Assembly (NCBI GenBank): GCA_017962315.1 | Contig: JAGCVN010000023.1 | Span: forward strand, 11,738 to 75,737 | Length of the DNA stretch: 64,000 bases | From: Kiritimatiellia bacterium | GTDB taxonomy: Bacteria > Verrucomicrobiota > Kiritimatiellia > RFP12 > UBA1067 | Direction of reading: 5' to 3' | Part shown: one piece after another, positions 32,002 to 40,828 of the stretch | Layout: every line of letters starts with the position of its first letter | Position numbering within the stretch: the stretch's first letter is position 1 | Notes under the pieces: generated by a model | The model's database searches: none | What the model was told of the DNA's origin: nothing | What the model saw: the letters and a program-made list of their open reading frames with translations, nothing else | Translations under genes and position numbers: made by a program

Positions 32002-34956
32002 TCACTTCTTTCTGGGCTTCGCGTAGCTCGCGGGGTCGTCCGGGTTGAGCGCCACGTTCTTGTTGACCTCCGCCGAGAAGAGCGGCGCGTCGATGACGGC
32101 ACGGAGCCGGTCGGGCGTGAGCGACTGCGCGGGCAGGAACGCATCCGACGCCGCGTACGCCTCAAGCCGCGCCTTGAACCACGCCGTCGCCGGGTCGTTC
32201 GCGTCGAACGCGAACGAGCAGACGAGAAGCCGCCCCTCGCCCACCTTGTACTCGAAGAGCATCGCCTGGCGGATCAGGTACTTGTCGGACGACGCGACTT
32301 CGACTATCGGGTCGAACGGAACACCCGCCTCAAGCTGCACTGCCGCACCATTCTGCATCAACCGCCTGAACTGCCAACCGCAGAATCCTTCGTGTGGCAT
32401 TCCCTCCAGCGCGGGATGATTCGGCTTGATGATCGTCGCGTAGTGTCCGGAGGTGCGTCCCGCAAGGCCGATCCGAAACGAGGTCCGAAGTGACTTGAAC
32501 GGACCCTTCCCGAGAAGCAACACCCGTTCGCCGCGCCCCATCGCCGCGAGGAGGTTGTCACGCGAGATGTTGGAGACGATCATAACACTGGGACAACGGG
32601 CGTCTCGCCCGTTGCGGTCACGCGGGACGCGTGACCCTACCTCCGGAAACGCGTAGACCTCCCACTCGTTCTCCGCCTTCACTGCACCGCCGGTGAACGA
32701 CGCGCGAAGGAGATACTTCGCCGGCTTGTCAACCGCCGGAACCGCGATGTCAAACTCCTCAATCGCCGCAATCTCTCCATTTCTAATATCCCTCACCTTT
32801 CTCTCATCGTTCCACACACAACCTGCGCACTCTCTGCCTCTCTGCGACTCTGCGTGAGAACCATCCCCACTCCGGCACGCGACAAGCGACACGCGAAGCG
32901 TCGCGTCATTCGCATCTCCCGCGAAGTTGGAGATCGAAAACGCCACTCGCTTCTTCTCGCCCGCCTTGAAGTTGAAGTCGCTGCCAAGGCTGCACAGCAG
33001 AACCGCCGCAGAGTTGTAGCGCCGGACGTTCTCGACCGTCTCCCCGTGCTTCAGACGGTAAAACTCGTCCATCATCCCGTCCGAATAGCCGAACGTGTGC
33101 CAGCGCGAGTCGGTGTCGCCAAGGAAGTCGTACCCGACGATCCGGCGCGATGCGCGTATCTTCTCGAACGTGAACTTGCGGATTCGCCGCATCCATTCGC
33201 ACGAGTTGCGCACGTACGCGGGCGCGCGGTCGAGGAGTCCGCGCTCCGTCAGATGACGACGCACCTCGGAGAACACGCCCTCCTTCGTAATCGGCGAGTC
33301 CTTCGGATAGTCCTTCTCCAGTGTAATGTCGCAGAAGGTTCCGTCGATACACGTCTCGTGCATCGTGCGCGGCTTGCCGCAGTACGCATCGCCCCAGGCG
33401 TCCACCGTCTCGGCGGACTCCCCGTTCAGCGAATTGTACGACACCGCGCCAAGCTGGTACGACGTGAAGTAGTCGGAATACGCCGCTAGCCGCGCCATGC
33501 GCGACGGGACGTGCAGGAACGGCTTGTTAGCCGTGTCCTTGCCGCGCCTGACCATGTACTCCACGTTGCGCATCGCGCTCATCGGCGTGAAGAGCGAGTC
33601 GGTCTGGGCATGGACCAGCTTTGCCACCGATTCGAGGTACTTCTCCGCCCTCTCGTCGATCCACGTCTCGTTGCCGGTGCAATATGCGACGACGCACGGA
33701 TGCTTCCGCGCAAAACGGATGATCGCGTCGTACTCGTCGAGCGTGACGAAGTTCGGTGACTCGATGTGGACCATGATGCCCAGCTCGTCCATCGCCTCGA
33801 GGTACTCGTCCGGCGGAATGAACGTGTGGAACCGCAGGAAGTTGAACCCGAACTCCTTGCGCTTCGCGGTAATCGCGCGGTAGTACGCGAGGTCGCGCGG
33901 CAGATGAATCGTCTCCGCGAAGTAGCAATGCTCCGTGACGCCGCGCAGGTACGCCAGCTCTCCGTTGAGACGCATCCGCTCGCCGTCCGGCACGAGACGC
34001 CGGATGCCGAACTTCTGCGAATACGTCCCCTCCGGCGTCGTAAGCGTGAGCGTGTAGCGGACGGGATTCTCCGGCGACCAGAACGCGAATCCTTTCGTCG
34101 GCAGCGTGAAATCCCCCTTCGCCTCCCCCTTCGCTAAAATTTTCCCGACATCATCCTTGATCTCATACGAAAACTTCACACCATCTACACGGCCATTATC
34201 CCCCACATACACGGTAAACGTTTCCAGATCCTTCTCCGTCGTGACGTAAACGTCGCGGATGCCGTTCCCCGCAAAGCGCAGTTCAAGGCGTCCGTCGATT
34301 CCACCGGTGGCCTCCATGAGTCCCCGCGTCGTGAGTCCGCTGACGTCCGATCCGTTGTACCCCTTGTTCGGGTTGTTCGAGACGGCAAGGACGATCTCGT
34401 TCTCGCCTTCGCGGAGAACGCCATCTGGAATCGGCAGCTCGAACGGCGTGGAGAACCCCTGGCGGAACGCGACGAAACTCCCGTTCACCCAGGCGTGAAC
34501 CTGGTTGCGAACGCAATCGAACGCGAGGAACGCCGGACGCCGCGGCAGCTTCTCCAGCGTGAACGTGCGGCGGTAGAGGAAGCATCCGTAGATGTTGGGA
34601 AGCGTCGTGCATTTGGCCCATTGCGTCATCGGAAGCGTCTGGCGTTCGTACACGGGGTTGATCCGGAACTCGTCCTTCATCCCCGCCGTGCGCAGCGCCG
34701 GAACCATGTCCTCCCAAAATCCCGGCACAGCCTTGGATACGGCGACGCCCTTGAACTTTGGGTACGCCACCGAATCCCATGCATTGGAGCAGTACGCCAT
34801 CTCCCACGTACCGTCCATCGGCACCGCGTCGTAGATGCAGTGCTGCCCCGCAGGGGGAACCTTCGCGGAATAGACCTCCTCCGCATACGCTGGCCCCACG
34901 TTCAGGTGAATGCTCGCCGCCATCGCCAAGGCGGTAACAATTGCCGTTCTCTTCAT
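32002..34956 (-). CDS. GH2-like glycoside hydrolase, secreted
   Basis: Signal MKRTAIVTALAMAASIHLNVGPAYA. Sugar-binding domain pattern: YGCFLYRRTFTL, VHAWVNGSFVAFRQGFSTPFELPI, ENEIVLAVSN. TIM-barrel region: FGFNFLRFHTFIPPDEYLEAMDELGIMVHIESP, AYCTGNE. Confidence 0.65.
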   Translation of the reverse strand: MKRTAIVTALAMAASIHLNVGPAYAEEVYSAKVPPAGQHCIYDAVPMDGTWEMAYCSNAWDSVAYPKFKGVAVSKAVPGFWEDMVPALRTAGMKDEFRINPVYERQTLPMTQWAKCTTLPNIYGCFLYRRTFTLEKLPRRPAFLAFDCVRNQVHAWVNGSFVAFRQGFSTPFELPIPDGVLREGENEIVLAVSNNPNKGYNGSDVSGLTTRGLMEATGGIDGRLELRFAGNGIRDVYVTTEKDLETFTVYVGDNGRVDGVKFSYEIKDDVGKILAKGEAKGDFTLPTKGFAFWSPENPVRYTLTLTTPEGTYSQKFGIRRLVPDGERMRLNGELAYLRGVTEHCYFAETIHLPRDLAYYRAITAKRKEFGFNFLRFHTFIPPDEYLEAMDELGIMVHIESPNFVTLDEYDAIIRFARKHPCVVAYCTGNETWIDERAEKYLESVAKLVHAQTDSLFTPMSAMRNVEYMVRRGKDTANKPFLHVPSRMARLAAYSDYFTSYQLGAVSYNSLNGESAETVDAWGDAYCGKPRTMHETCIDGTFCDITLEKDYPKDSPITKEGVFSEVRRHLTERGLLDRAPAYVRNSCEWMRRIRKFTFEKIRASRRIVGYDFLGDTDSRWHTFGYSDGMMDEFYRLKHGETVENVRRYNSAAVLLCSLGSDFNFKAGEKKRVAFSISNFAGDANDATLRVSLVACRSGDGSHAESQRGRECAGCVWNDERKVRDIRNGEIAAIEEFDIAVPAVDKPAKYLLRASFTGGAVKAENEWEVYAFPEVGSRVPRDRNGRDARCPSVMIVSNISRDNLLAAMGRGERVLLLGKGPFKSLRTSFRIGLAGRTSGHYATIIKPNHPALEGMPHEGFCGWQFRRLMQNGAAVQLEAGVPFDPIVEVASSDKYLIRQAMLFEYKVGEGRLLVCSFAFDANDPATAWFKARLEAYAASDAFLPAQSLTPDRLRAVIDAPLFSAEVNKNVALNPDDPASYAKPRKK
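32832..32859 (+). repeat. (CTCTGCG-N)x3 dispersed repeat copy lying in frame inside the GH2-like CDS
   Basis: CTCTGCCTCTCTGCGACTCTGCGTGAGA matches the intergenic copy 62080-62107 at about 25 of 28 positions. It encodes ...SHAESQRGRE... on the minus strand. An adjacent AT-rich stretch at 32781-32830 encodes CAGCVWNDERKVRDIRNGE. Confidence 0.75.
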
Positions 34957-34984
34957 TTTGGACTCCTTCTTTATGTCATCATAT

Positions 34985-36271
34985 TCATGGTTTGAGAGCC
35001 GAGATCGGACAGACGATTATACCATCCTCCTTGCGGACATACGCATAATCTCCAACCGCTGTTAGAATCATCCTGAACACGGGCTTGCGCATCTTCTTCC
35101 CGGCGAGCAGTTTCCAGTATGCATTCAAGGACCTGACGCCTTCCTCTACAAGCCTTTCGCCGCCAAGTTTTATTTCGACAAGTGCGTAATCGCCATTGAA
35201 GTTTTCCAGCACGGCGTCGCATTCGAGTCCGGTCTGGTCGCGGTAGTGCCTGACCGAGCCATCAACCACATCCATGTATATCCGCAGGTCGCGCATGCAC
35301 AAGGTCTCGAAAAACATGCCGAAAGACCTGAGGTCGTTCATCAGATCGCCCGGCTTCGCACCTAATGCGGCTGTTGCAATTGAAGGGTCTGTGAAATACC
35401 TTGTGTCGGAAGAGCGAATAGCCGTCTTCGCACGGATGGAAGGAGTCCACGCACCCACGTTTTCGACAACGAAGATTCTCGACAGCGCATCGATGTACGA
35501 ATAGATGGTGTCCTCGCCGATATCGCCGATGTCGTTTGCCGTCATATCTTTCCGAATTGCCGCAAGACTGGTCTGCGTCCCCTGTAGCCTTGCATACGAT
35601 CGAAGCAGTCTCCTAACGCGTACGGGATCGCGTACAACATCGTCGGCGCGCGACATGTCGCTTTCGGCGATGGACTCGCAATAGTCCCTTGACACGCGCA
35701 ACGCCGCGCGCTCCCCCCTCCCCACGGCGTTCGGCCAGCCGCCGCGACAGACGATGAACGCCATTTCGTCCAGTTCCGTCTTGCGAGACTCCTCAAATTG
35801 CGGCACCTTGCCGCTGAACAAGTCCGAAATGCCTACAACGCCCGACGATTCCCCAGACTCCCACAGGCTCATTGGGCGCATCCTGATCCTGGAAAATCTT
35901 CCCGTACCGGAATGGCGTATCTTCTGCCTGTTTTTCTTCGGCACTACGGCAGAGCCGGTCAAGAGAAAATGGGCGTCCTCTTCGTTATGATCGACCGCAA
36001 AGCGTATTGCATCCCACAATTCGGGAATTTCCTGCCACTCGTCGAACAGGCGCGGCTGCGCGCCATCCAAAAGCTTCTGCATATTCATCCGAGCCATGTC
36101 AAGGTAATAGTCGTGCTTTGACGGATCGGAGATATAAGCGGCGCTTTTGGCATGTTGCTCGCAGGTCGTGGTCTTGCCGCACCATTTCGGTCCTTCAATC
36201 AAAATAGCACCAGCATACGACAACCTTTCGGTAATCATCGAATCGGCAATTCTCGGCAAATAGGCTTTCAT
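34985..36271 (-). CDS. AAA+ ATPase with a C-terminal DUF4143 / PD-(D/E)xK-like domain (COG1373-type)
   Basis: Walker A motif ILIEGPKWCGKTT. Walker B-like region PRLFDEWQ. The C-terminal block ECDAVLENFNGDYALVEIKLGG fits a D...E-x-K nuclease-like motif typical of DUF4143. Composition is visibly lower in GC than the flanking GH genes. Confidence 0.8.
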   Translation of the reverse strand: MKAYLPRIADSMITERLSYAGAILIEGPKWCGKTTTCEQHAKSAAYISDPSKHDYYLDMARMNMQKLLDGAQPRLFDEWQEIPELWDAIRFAVDHNEEDAHFLLTGSAVVPKKNRQKIRHSGTGRFSRIRMRPMSLWESGESSGVVGISDLFSGKVPQFEESRKTELDEMAFIVCRGGWPNAVGRGERAALRVSRDYCESIAESDMSRADDVVRDPVRVRRLLRSYARLQGTQTSLAAIRKDMTANDIGDIGEDTIYSYIDALSRIFVVENVGAWTPSIRAKTAIRSSDTRYFTDPSIATAALGAKPGDLMNDLRSFGMFFETLCMRDLRIYMDVVDGSVRHYRDQTGLECDAVLENFNGDYALVEIKLGGERLVEEGVRSLNAYWKLLAGKKMRKPVFRMILTAVGDYAYVRKEDGIIVCPISALKP

Positions 36272-36279
36272 AGGTGCGC

Positions 36280-36308
36280 ATTATATCACATTCCGTACGG
36301 GAACGCAA
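36280..36308 (-). promoter_or_regulatory. Candidate promoter of the ATPase gene; the transcript would be leaderless or nearly so
   Basis: Minus strand: TTGCGT (36308-36303), 17-nt spacer, consensus TATAAT (36285-36280), then only 8 nt (GCGCACCT) before ATG 36271. No Shine-Dalgarno sequence is possible. Confidence 0.5.
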
Positions 36309-36312
36309 TCGC

Positions 36313-36381
36313 CGTTCGGCAATTTCAACAAATTCTATTCGGCAATTTCAACAAATTCCGTTCGGCAATTTCAACAGGTTT
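36313..36381. repeat. Three tandem 23-bp direct repeats (iteron- or operator-like) immediately upstream of the ATPase promoter
   Basis: The units are CGTTCGGCAATTTCAACAAATTC, TATTCGGCAATTTCAACAAATTC and CGTTCGGCAATTTCAACAGGTTT. The core TTCGGCAATTTCAACA is identical in all three. Units follow each other with no spacers of unique sequence. Confidence 0.9.
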
Positions 36382-36400
36382 CGTACTGAGTCTCATCGTT

Positions 36401-37633
36401 TTATGGTAAACACCTTTTACATACCTTGCCGGGCCAGGTCCATTCCTTCAGGTCATCGGACCACGCAATGCCGATGGAACAGTTTTTGTAGCAGTCGCCA
36501 TCGATCTCCTTCCGCGGACCCGATCCGTGGAAGAACATGACATACTTCCCGACGCCCTTCACCGCGCGGCAGTCGATCACGGTCGCGGCGGTGATCCGCC
36601 CCTTCGCCCAGTTCCAGTCCTGCTGTCCGAGAACCGTCTTGCCGCAGTCCGCCCAGTGGACGAGGTCGGTCGAACGCTTAAAGCCGATTCCGTTGTTCGG
36701 GGAATGGAGCATCAACCAACCGCCGGTGTGGTCGTCGGGCAGCACACACACATTCTCGCCGCCGTCCGTGAACCCCTTCTGCTTCCAGACCTTCAAGTCG
36801 GCTGAAACGGAAAACGGCACGCCCATCCTCGCCTTCTTCGAAAATCTCCCGGACTTGTCCTGCTGCTGCTTGTAGAAGCACCACCACAGGCCATCCGTGC
36901 CCTTGACGAGATACGGGTCGATCATCCGCCCCATCTCCGCCTCCGAGACGTTCGGCCCCTTCACCATGATGAGTTCCGGCTTGGTCCATGTCTTGAAGTC
37001 CTTTGTCCTGATCGTGTAGAGACGCGCCGTGTCGTCTGCGAACGCGACCTTCGTCGGCGTGGCGTCGGGCGTGGGGTACTTCTGGAAGCAGAGGACGCGC
37101 TCGTCGCCAACCTTGACGATGTTACCGGGGCTCGACCAGTTGAAGCGCTTGTCCATCGGGAGAACGTATTCGACGGGCGACCAGTCGATGAGGTTCCGGC
37201 TCGTGGAGTGTCCGATCGTCATGCGCGGCACGGACGGATCGCACACCGTGATGAACAGGTGGAACACACCGTCCTCGTACCACGCCGCCGGATCGCGATA
37301 GCCGATGGTCTCGTCGCCCTTGAAGATCCGCACGTCGGGAACCTTCGAGAAGTTGATTCCCTCTGTATGCGTCGGCGGGGATACCGTCGTCACCACATTC
37401 GATGACGGCTCGCTACTGTCGATATAGAGTGTCTTGATGCTACTCTTGCCATCCGCCGCGACGAGACGACCTTTTGTTTCGCCTCCGTCCCGAACTCGTA
37501 CAACACCCTCGTACGCCGCCACCGGCTGAACCACAGCGCAGAACAATACCACCGGAATCACCGCATGTACGAATATTCCGAACAGATAACGAATACGGGG
37601 CTTTGAGGATATGCCCACCACTTTTTTGTTCAT
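36401..37633 (-). CDS. Beta-propeller glycoside hydrolase-like protein (GH43/GH32-clan-like), membrane-anchored or secreted
   Basis: N-terminal anchor YLFGIFVHAVIPVVLFCAVVQPVAA. Repeated propeller-like blocks: YRDPAAWYEDGVFHLFITV, GHSTSRNLIDWSP, RTKDFKTWTKP, IDPYLVKGTDGLWWCFY, STDLVHWAD, IGIAWSDDLKEWTW. The family assignment is tentative. Confidence 0.45.
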   Translation of the reverse strand: MNKKVVGISSKPRIRYLFGIFVHAVIPVVLFCAVVQPVAAYEGVVRVRDGGETKGRLVAADGKSSIKTLYIDSSEPSSNVVTTVSPPTHTEGINFSKVPDVRIFKGDETIGYRDPAAWYEDGVFHLFITVCDPSVPRMTIGHSTSRNLIDWSPVEYVLPMDKRFNWSSPGNIVKVGDERVLCFQKYPTPDATPTKVAFADDTARLYTIRTKDFKTWTKPELIMVKGPNVSEAEMGRMIDPYLVKGTDGLWWCFYKQQQDKSGRFSKKARMGVPFSVSADLKVWKQKGFTDGGENVCVLPDDHTGGWLMLHSPNNGIGFKRSTDLVHWADCGKTVLGQQDWNWAKGRITAATVIDCRAVKGVGKYVMFFHGSGPRKEIDGDCYKNCSIGIAWSDDLKEWTWPGKVCKRCLP

Positions 37634-37634
37634 T

Positions 37635-38093
37635 TCATTGCTCCTTCTCTCCTTGTTTAACAGTCTGCGGCTTCCTATGATAATTGATTACCGGTTTGGA
37701 CGATCTAAATGCCATAGGAAACGTTTTCTTCATATATTGATCCGTCCTTAAAGAGGCCTTTTTTATACTAACTTGTTGGGGAGAATACCCCTTTGTCGCT
37801 TCGTCCAACTCTTTCAACGTCATGCCGAACAAAAACTGCGACTCCTTATCCGTCAGCTTTCCTTCCTTATCCAATTTGGTGCATCTAGTCCACTCCTTTA
37901 GGAATTCCTTATACGTCTCCGCCTCTGTTGCCGTCATTAGAACTGTTTTCTCATGCAATTCCTTGCGTGACACGCCATAAGTGGCAAGGCACGACTTCTC
38001 AGCATAAACAGCCCACGAACCCCTTAAGCCAATGAGGATTCCGCCTACGACTGCAATTGCAGTCAAAATCTTCCATTTACGTGTCACTGACAT
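37635..38093 (-). CDS. Hypothetical small membrane-anchored, K/E-rich protein in an AT-rich islet
   Basis: 152-aa ORF with one N-terminal TM helix (WKILTAIAVVGGILIGL). I recognise no motif. Codon usage is clearly AT-richer than in neighbouring genes. Its stop lies 1 nt before the start of the next gene. Confidence 0.5.
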   Translation of the reverse strand: MSVTRKWKILTAIAVVGGILIGLRGSWAVYAEKSCLATYGVSRKELHEKTVLMTATEAETYKEFLKEWTRCTKLDKEGKLTDKESQFLFGMTLKELDEATKGYSPQQVSIKKASLRTDQYMKKTFPMAFRSSKPVINYHRKPQTVKQGEKEQ

Positions 38094-38138
38094 ACCCTCT
38101 TGCTGAAGATTGAAGAAGTGGTCACTTGTTGTCTACGA

Positions 38139-38288
38139 TCAATTGACGAGTTGCGCAGTTCCGTCTACGAGGCTCTGTCCACGTTTCCTGTGAACATTGA
38201 AATGCCACTCGGACACTGGAGTCACCGAGGATACTGCAATGTCCCGCCAAATAAGGTTGACCGTCGTGAACTTCTCATCGGTACTCAT
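38139..38288 (-). CDS. Possible 49-aa ORF in the AT-rich islet (below the ORF-track cutoff)
   Basis: Hand translation gives MSTDEKFTTVNLIWRDIAVSSVTPVSEWHFNVHRKRGQSLVDGTAQLVN then a stop. Only a weak purine-rich stretch (GAAAAAG) lies upstream. It may equally be non-coding. Confidence 0.15.
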   Translation of the reverse strand: MSTDEKFTTVNLIWRDIAVSSVTPVSEWHFNVHRKRGQSLVDGTAQLVN

Positions 38289-38344
38289 CTTTTTCACGCA
38301 CGCTTTCCATCGCTACTGACATGGCTGTCTTTTCCTTTCTTCAC

Positions 38345-40828
38345 CTAAGGGCACACTTCCCTAAGCGGTGATTCGTTTACACCATTTTTCGTTTTCCCGT
38401 CAAGGGGCGGTTGGACTTGGAAATGGGCGAGCGACAATTCAATCTTGTCGATATAGACCGCCTTGATGTTGCTCTTGCCATCCGCGCCGAAGCGGCCCGG
38501 CCCAACCCAGAAGTACTCCTTTCCGTCCGCACGCGGCGTCCAGACGCCAATGTCGTACCAGACGTATTCGGCGTTCTTGATCGCATCCGTGCGCGGTTCG
38601 ATGCCGCCGAGCCCTTTCTTCGCGACCGGATCATAAATTCCCGCCCAAAACGCCTCGCCACCGTCGCGCGTCTTCTCCACGCGGATACGCGCACGCACCT
38701 TGTATTTCGCGCCCGGCTTGAATTTGACTTTGTTCATGAAGAATGTGGTACACCACTCGAAATGCGCGTCGAAGAGTTTCAGCGCCTTGCCATCCGCCGC
38801 CTTCGGATCGTCCACAAACGCACCCCACTGACCGGGGCGTGCGAGCTTGAGAAAACGCTCCTCCAACACCGCGCACTGCGATTCGACCGCGTTGACGACG
38901 GCGTTGGTGTCGGGCGCGACGAGCGCCTTCCATTCGGCGACGAGCGCCTTGTGTCGCGCCCCGCTCTCGGAGAGGCTGATGTTCTTCGCCTCGGCCATTC
39001 GGTCGAGTAGCGACTGCGCGAGCGCCTTGACTTCCGCGACGCGGGCGTCGTTCTCGGGACACGGCGCGAACAGGACCTCCTTGCGCGCGGGTTTCGGACG
39101 GAGGCGCTCCAGGCGAAGGAAGTCGAACGAGAACTCGGACATCCTCACGTTGTACGACAGCGCGGGGTCGTCCTTCACCGCATCGACCGCCTTCTTCCAG
39201 AGCGGCTTTGCCCATTCGACGAACTCGTCATCCAGCGACTTGAAGGCCGCGCTTCTCCAGATGCGGAGCGGATTGTTTGGATTGGCTGACCACACGGCCT
39301 GACGCCTGTGCATCTCCTCGAAGTACGCGCGGATGAACGGCACCGCCTTGCCGTAGTAGCCCGCGAAGAAATCGTCGATCAGCGGCTTCACGTCGCGGTC
39401 GGGGTTCCACATCAGCTTCGCGAGCAGCCAGCCCTTCAATTCGGCGAACGCGGCGTGGCGGCCCATCTGGGCGCCTTCCGCGAATATCTCCTTCACGTTG
39501 TTGTCGCGGAAGAACTGCAGGTTTCCTTGGAGCGCATAGACGTTCGGGAACGGCAGCGGGAAGTTCTGGAACTCCGTCACGTAGTCCCAGAGGTACAGCT
39601 GGTCGGTCTGCGTCTTCCATCCGCAGATGTCCTGCATGAACGACTTGTTCTCGGCATACGGGCTTTCGGGAATCGGGCGCGTGAAGTCGCACTCGATGGA
39701 GCAGAGACACGGCACCACGTTGCGGCGAAGACGCGTCTTCTTCGGCGGCTTGCGCGTGTACTGGTAGGCGAGCGTCTCAATCACCGCGTCGGGGAACTCC
39801 TTTTCCACCGCCTCGGCGACGGCGTTCACGAAGCGCACCATCGTCCCGGCGTGGCTCTCCTCCTCGGCGTCGATGGCCGCGCACTTCTCGCACTCGCAGT
39901 AGTTGTACCAGTCGTTCTGGCTCACGCCGTAGAACTTCGCGCCGGGATCCTTGCGGATGCGCTCCAGCACATTGGACGTGACGATGCGCAGCACGTCGGG
40001 GTTCGTGAGGCAGAGTTGCGTGCGGCCCCTCAGTCGTTTGCCTTTGACGAGGCTGTAGTATTCGGGATGCTCATCGAAGTACACGCCCTGGGGCAGCAGT
40101 GTCTCGAACGTGTGGCAGCTTCCAAGCCCGCCGCCGAAACGGAACGAGTCGCCGCCGTACTTGGCGTCGACATCGCCGCGCGTGCAGTTGTAGCCGTTCA
40201 CGCGCAGACGCGCCGCCAGGTCGCGGTGCCCGTTGATGTCGTACCAGAACGACTGGCGCATGGCGAAGGCCGGCGTCTGCACGTCGTCGAGATTGGCGGG
40301 CACGCCGACGGCGCTCTTCTTCGGGATCACGCTGTGCCACGAGGCGTACCACCTGCATCCGGCGTAGGTCTCGAGAATCTCGTACGCCGCGTAGAGCGCG
40401 CCGCGTTTCGCCGAGCCGTAGGCGACGAGATGCGGCGGACGCGCCGCAAGGCGGAACCCGTCGCTTCCCAGTGTCTTCGGGTCAAATCCGCCGAAACGAG
40501 AGGGCCGTGCCCCGTCACGACCGCCGTTCAGCAGCACAAGCGAATATCTCGTCTCGCCGAGCAGAATCGCCTTCGCAGGAAGCGGCACGGCGTCCGTTGC
40601 CACGGGCAACTTCACACCCGTGACCTGTTCAAGGAACGACTGTAATTCCTCTGCCGCGTACTTTTCAACCTCGCTTGATCGTTCCGGGATCACGATTGTA
40701 TACGCCGCCGGTTTTCCGCGCACGGCAATCTCAAGCGGCGCGGCAGGCGTGTCTCCAAGAGTGACACCCGCAATCGCCGACATGACGAGGATTTGCACTA
40801 GCCAATGACAGTTTGCCATGTTCTTCAT
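38345..40828 (-). CDS. DUF4838-type glycoside hydrolase-like protein with a C-terminal beta-sandwich domain
   Basis: ATG 40828 overlaps the upstream stop (ATGA); ATG 40819 is an alternative. Signal-like NCHWLVQILVMSAIAGVTLG. N-terminal pattern LEIAVRGKPAAYTIVIPERSSEVEKYAAEELQSFLEQVTGVKLPV...AILLGETRY, followed by CxCxxC (YCECEKCAAIDAEE), which I associate with DUF4838 proteins. Confidence 0.5.
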   Translation of the reverse strand: MKNMANCHWLVQILVMSAIAGVTLGDTPAAPLEIAVRGKPAAYTIVIPERSSEVEKYAAEELQSFLEQVTGVKLPVATDAVPLPAKAILLGETRYSLVLLNGGRDGARPSRFGGFDPKTLGSDGFRLAARPPHLVAYGSAKRGALYAAYEILETYAGCRWYASWHSVIPKKSAVGVPANLDDVQTPAFAMRQSFWYDINGHRDLAARLRVNGYNCTRGDVDAKYGGDSFRFGGGLGSCHTFETLLPQGVYFDEHPEYYSLVKGKRLRGRTQLCLTNPDVLRIVTSNVLERIRKDPGAKFYGVSQNDWYNYCECEKCAAIDAEEESHAGTMVRFVNAVAEAVEKEFPDAVIETLAYQYTRKPPKKTRLRRNVVPCLCSIECDFTRPIPESPYAENKSFMQDICGWKTQTDQLYLWDYVTEFQNFPLPFPNVYALQGNLQFFRDNNVKEIFAEGAQMGRHAAFAELKGWLLAKLMWNPDRDVKPLIDDFFAGYYGKAVPFIRAYFEEMHRRQAVWSANPNNPLRIWRSAAFKSLDDEFVEWAKPLWKKAVDAVKDDPALSYNVRMSEFSFDFLRLERLRPKPARKEVLFAPCPENDARVAEVKALAQSLLDRMAEAKNISLSESGARHKALVAEWKALVAPDTNAVVNAVESQCAVLEERFLKLARPGQWGAFVDDPKAADGKALKLFDAHFEWCTTFFMNKVKFKPGAKYKVRARIRVEKTRDGGEAFWAGIYDPVAKKGLGGIEPRTDAIKNAEYVWYDIGVWTPRADGKEYFWVGPGRFGADGKSNIKAVYIDKIELSLAHFQVQPPLDGKTKNGVNESPLREVCP

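Noticed and set aside
36313-36381. Possibility that the three 23-bp repeats are a mini-CRISPR array.
   Set aside because: The units follow one another directly with no unique spacers, the repeat is AT-rich and non-palindromic, and there are no cas genes in the window. I treated it as iteron- or operator-like instead.
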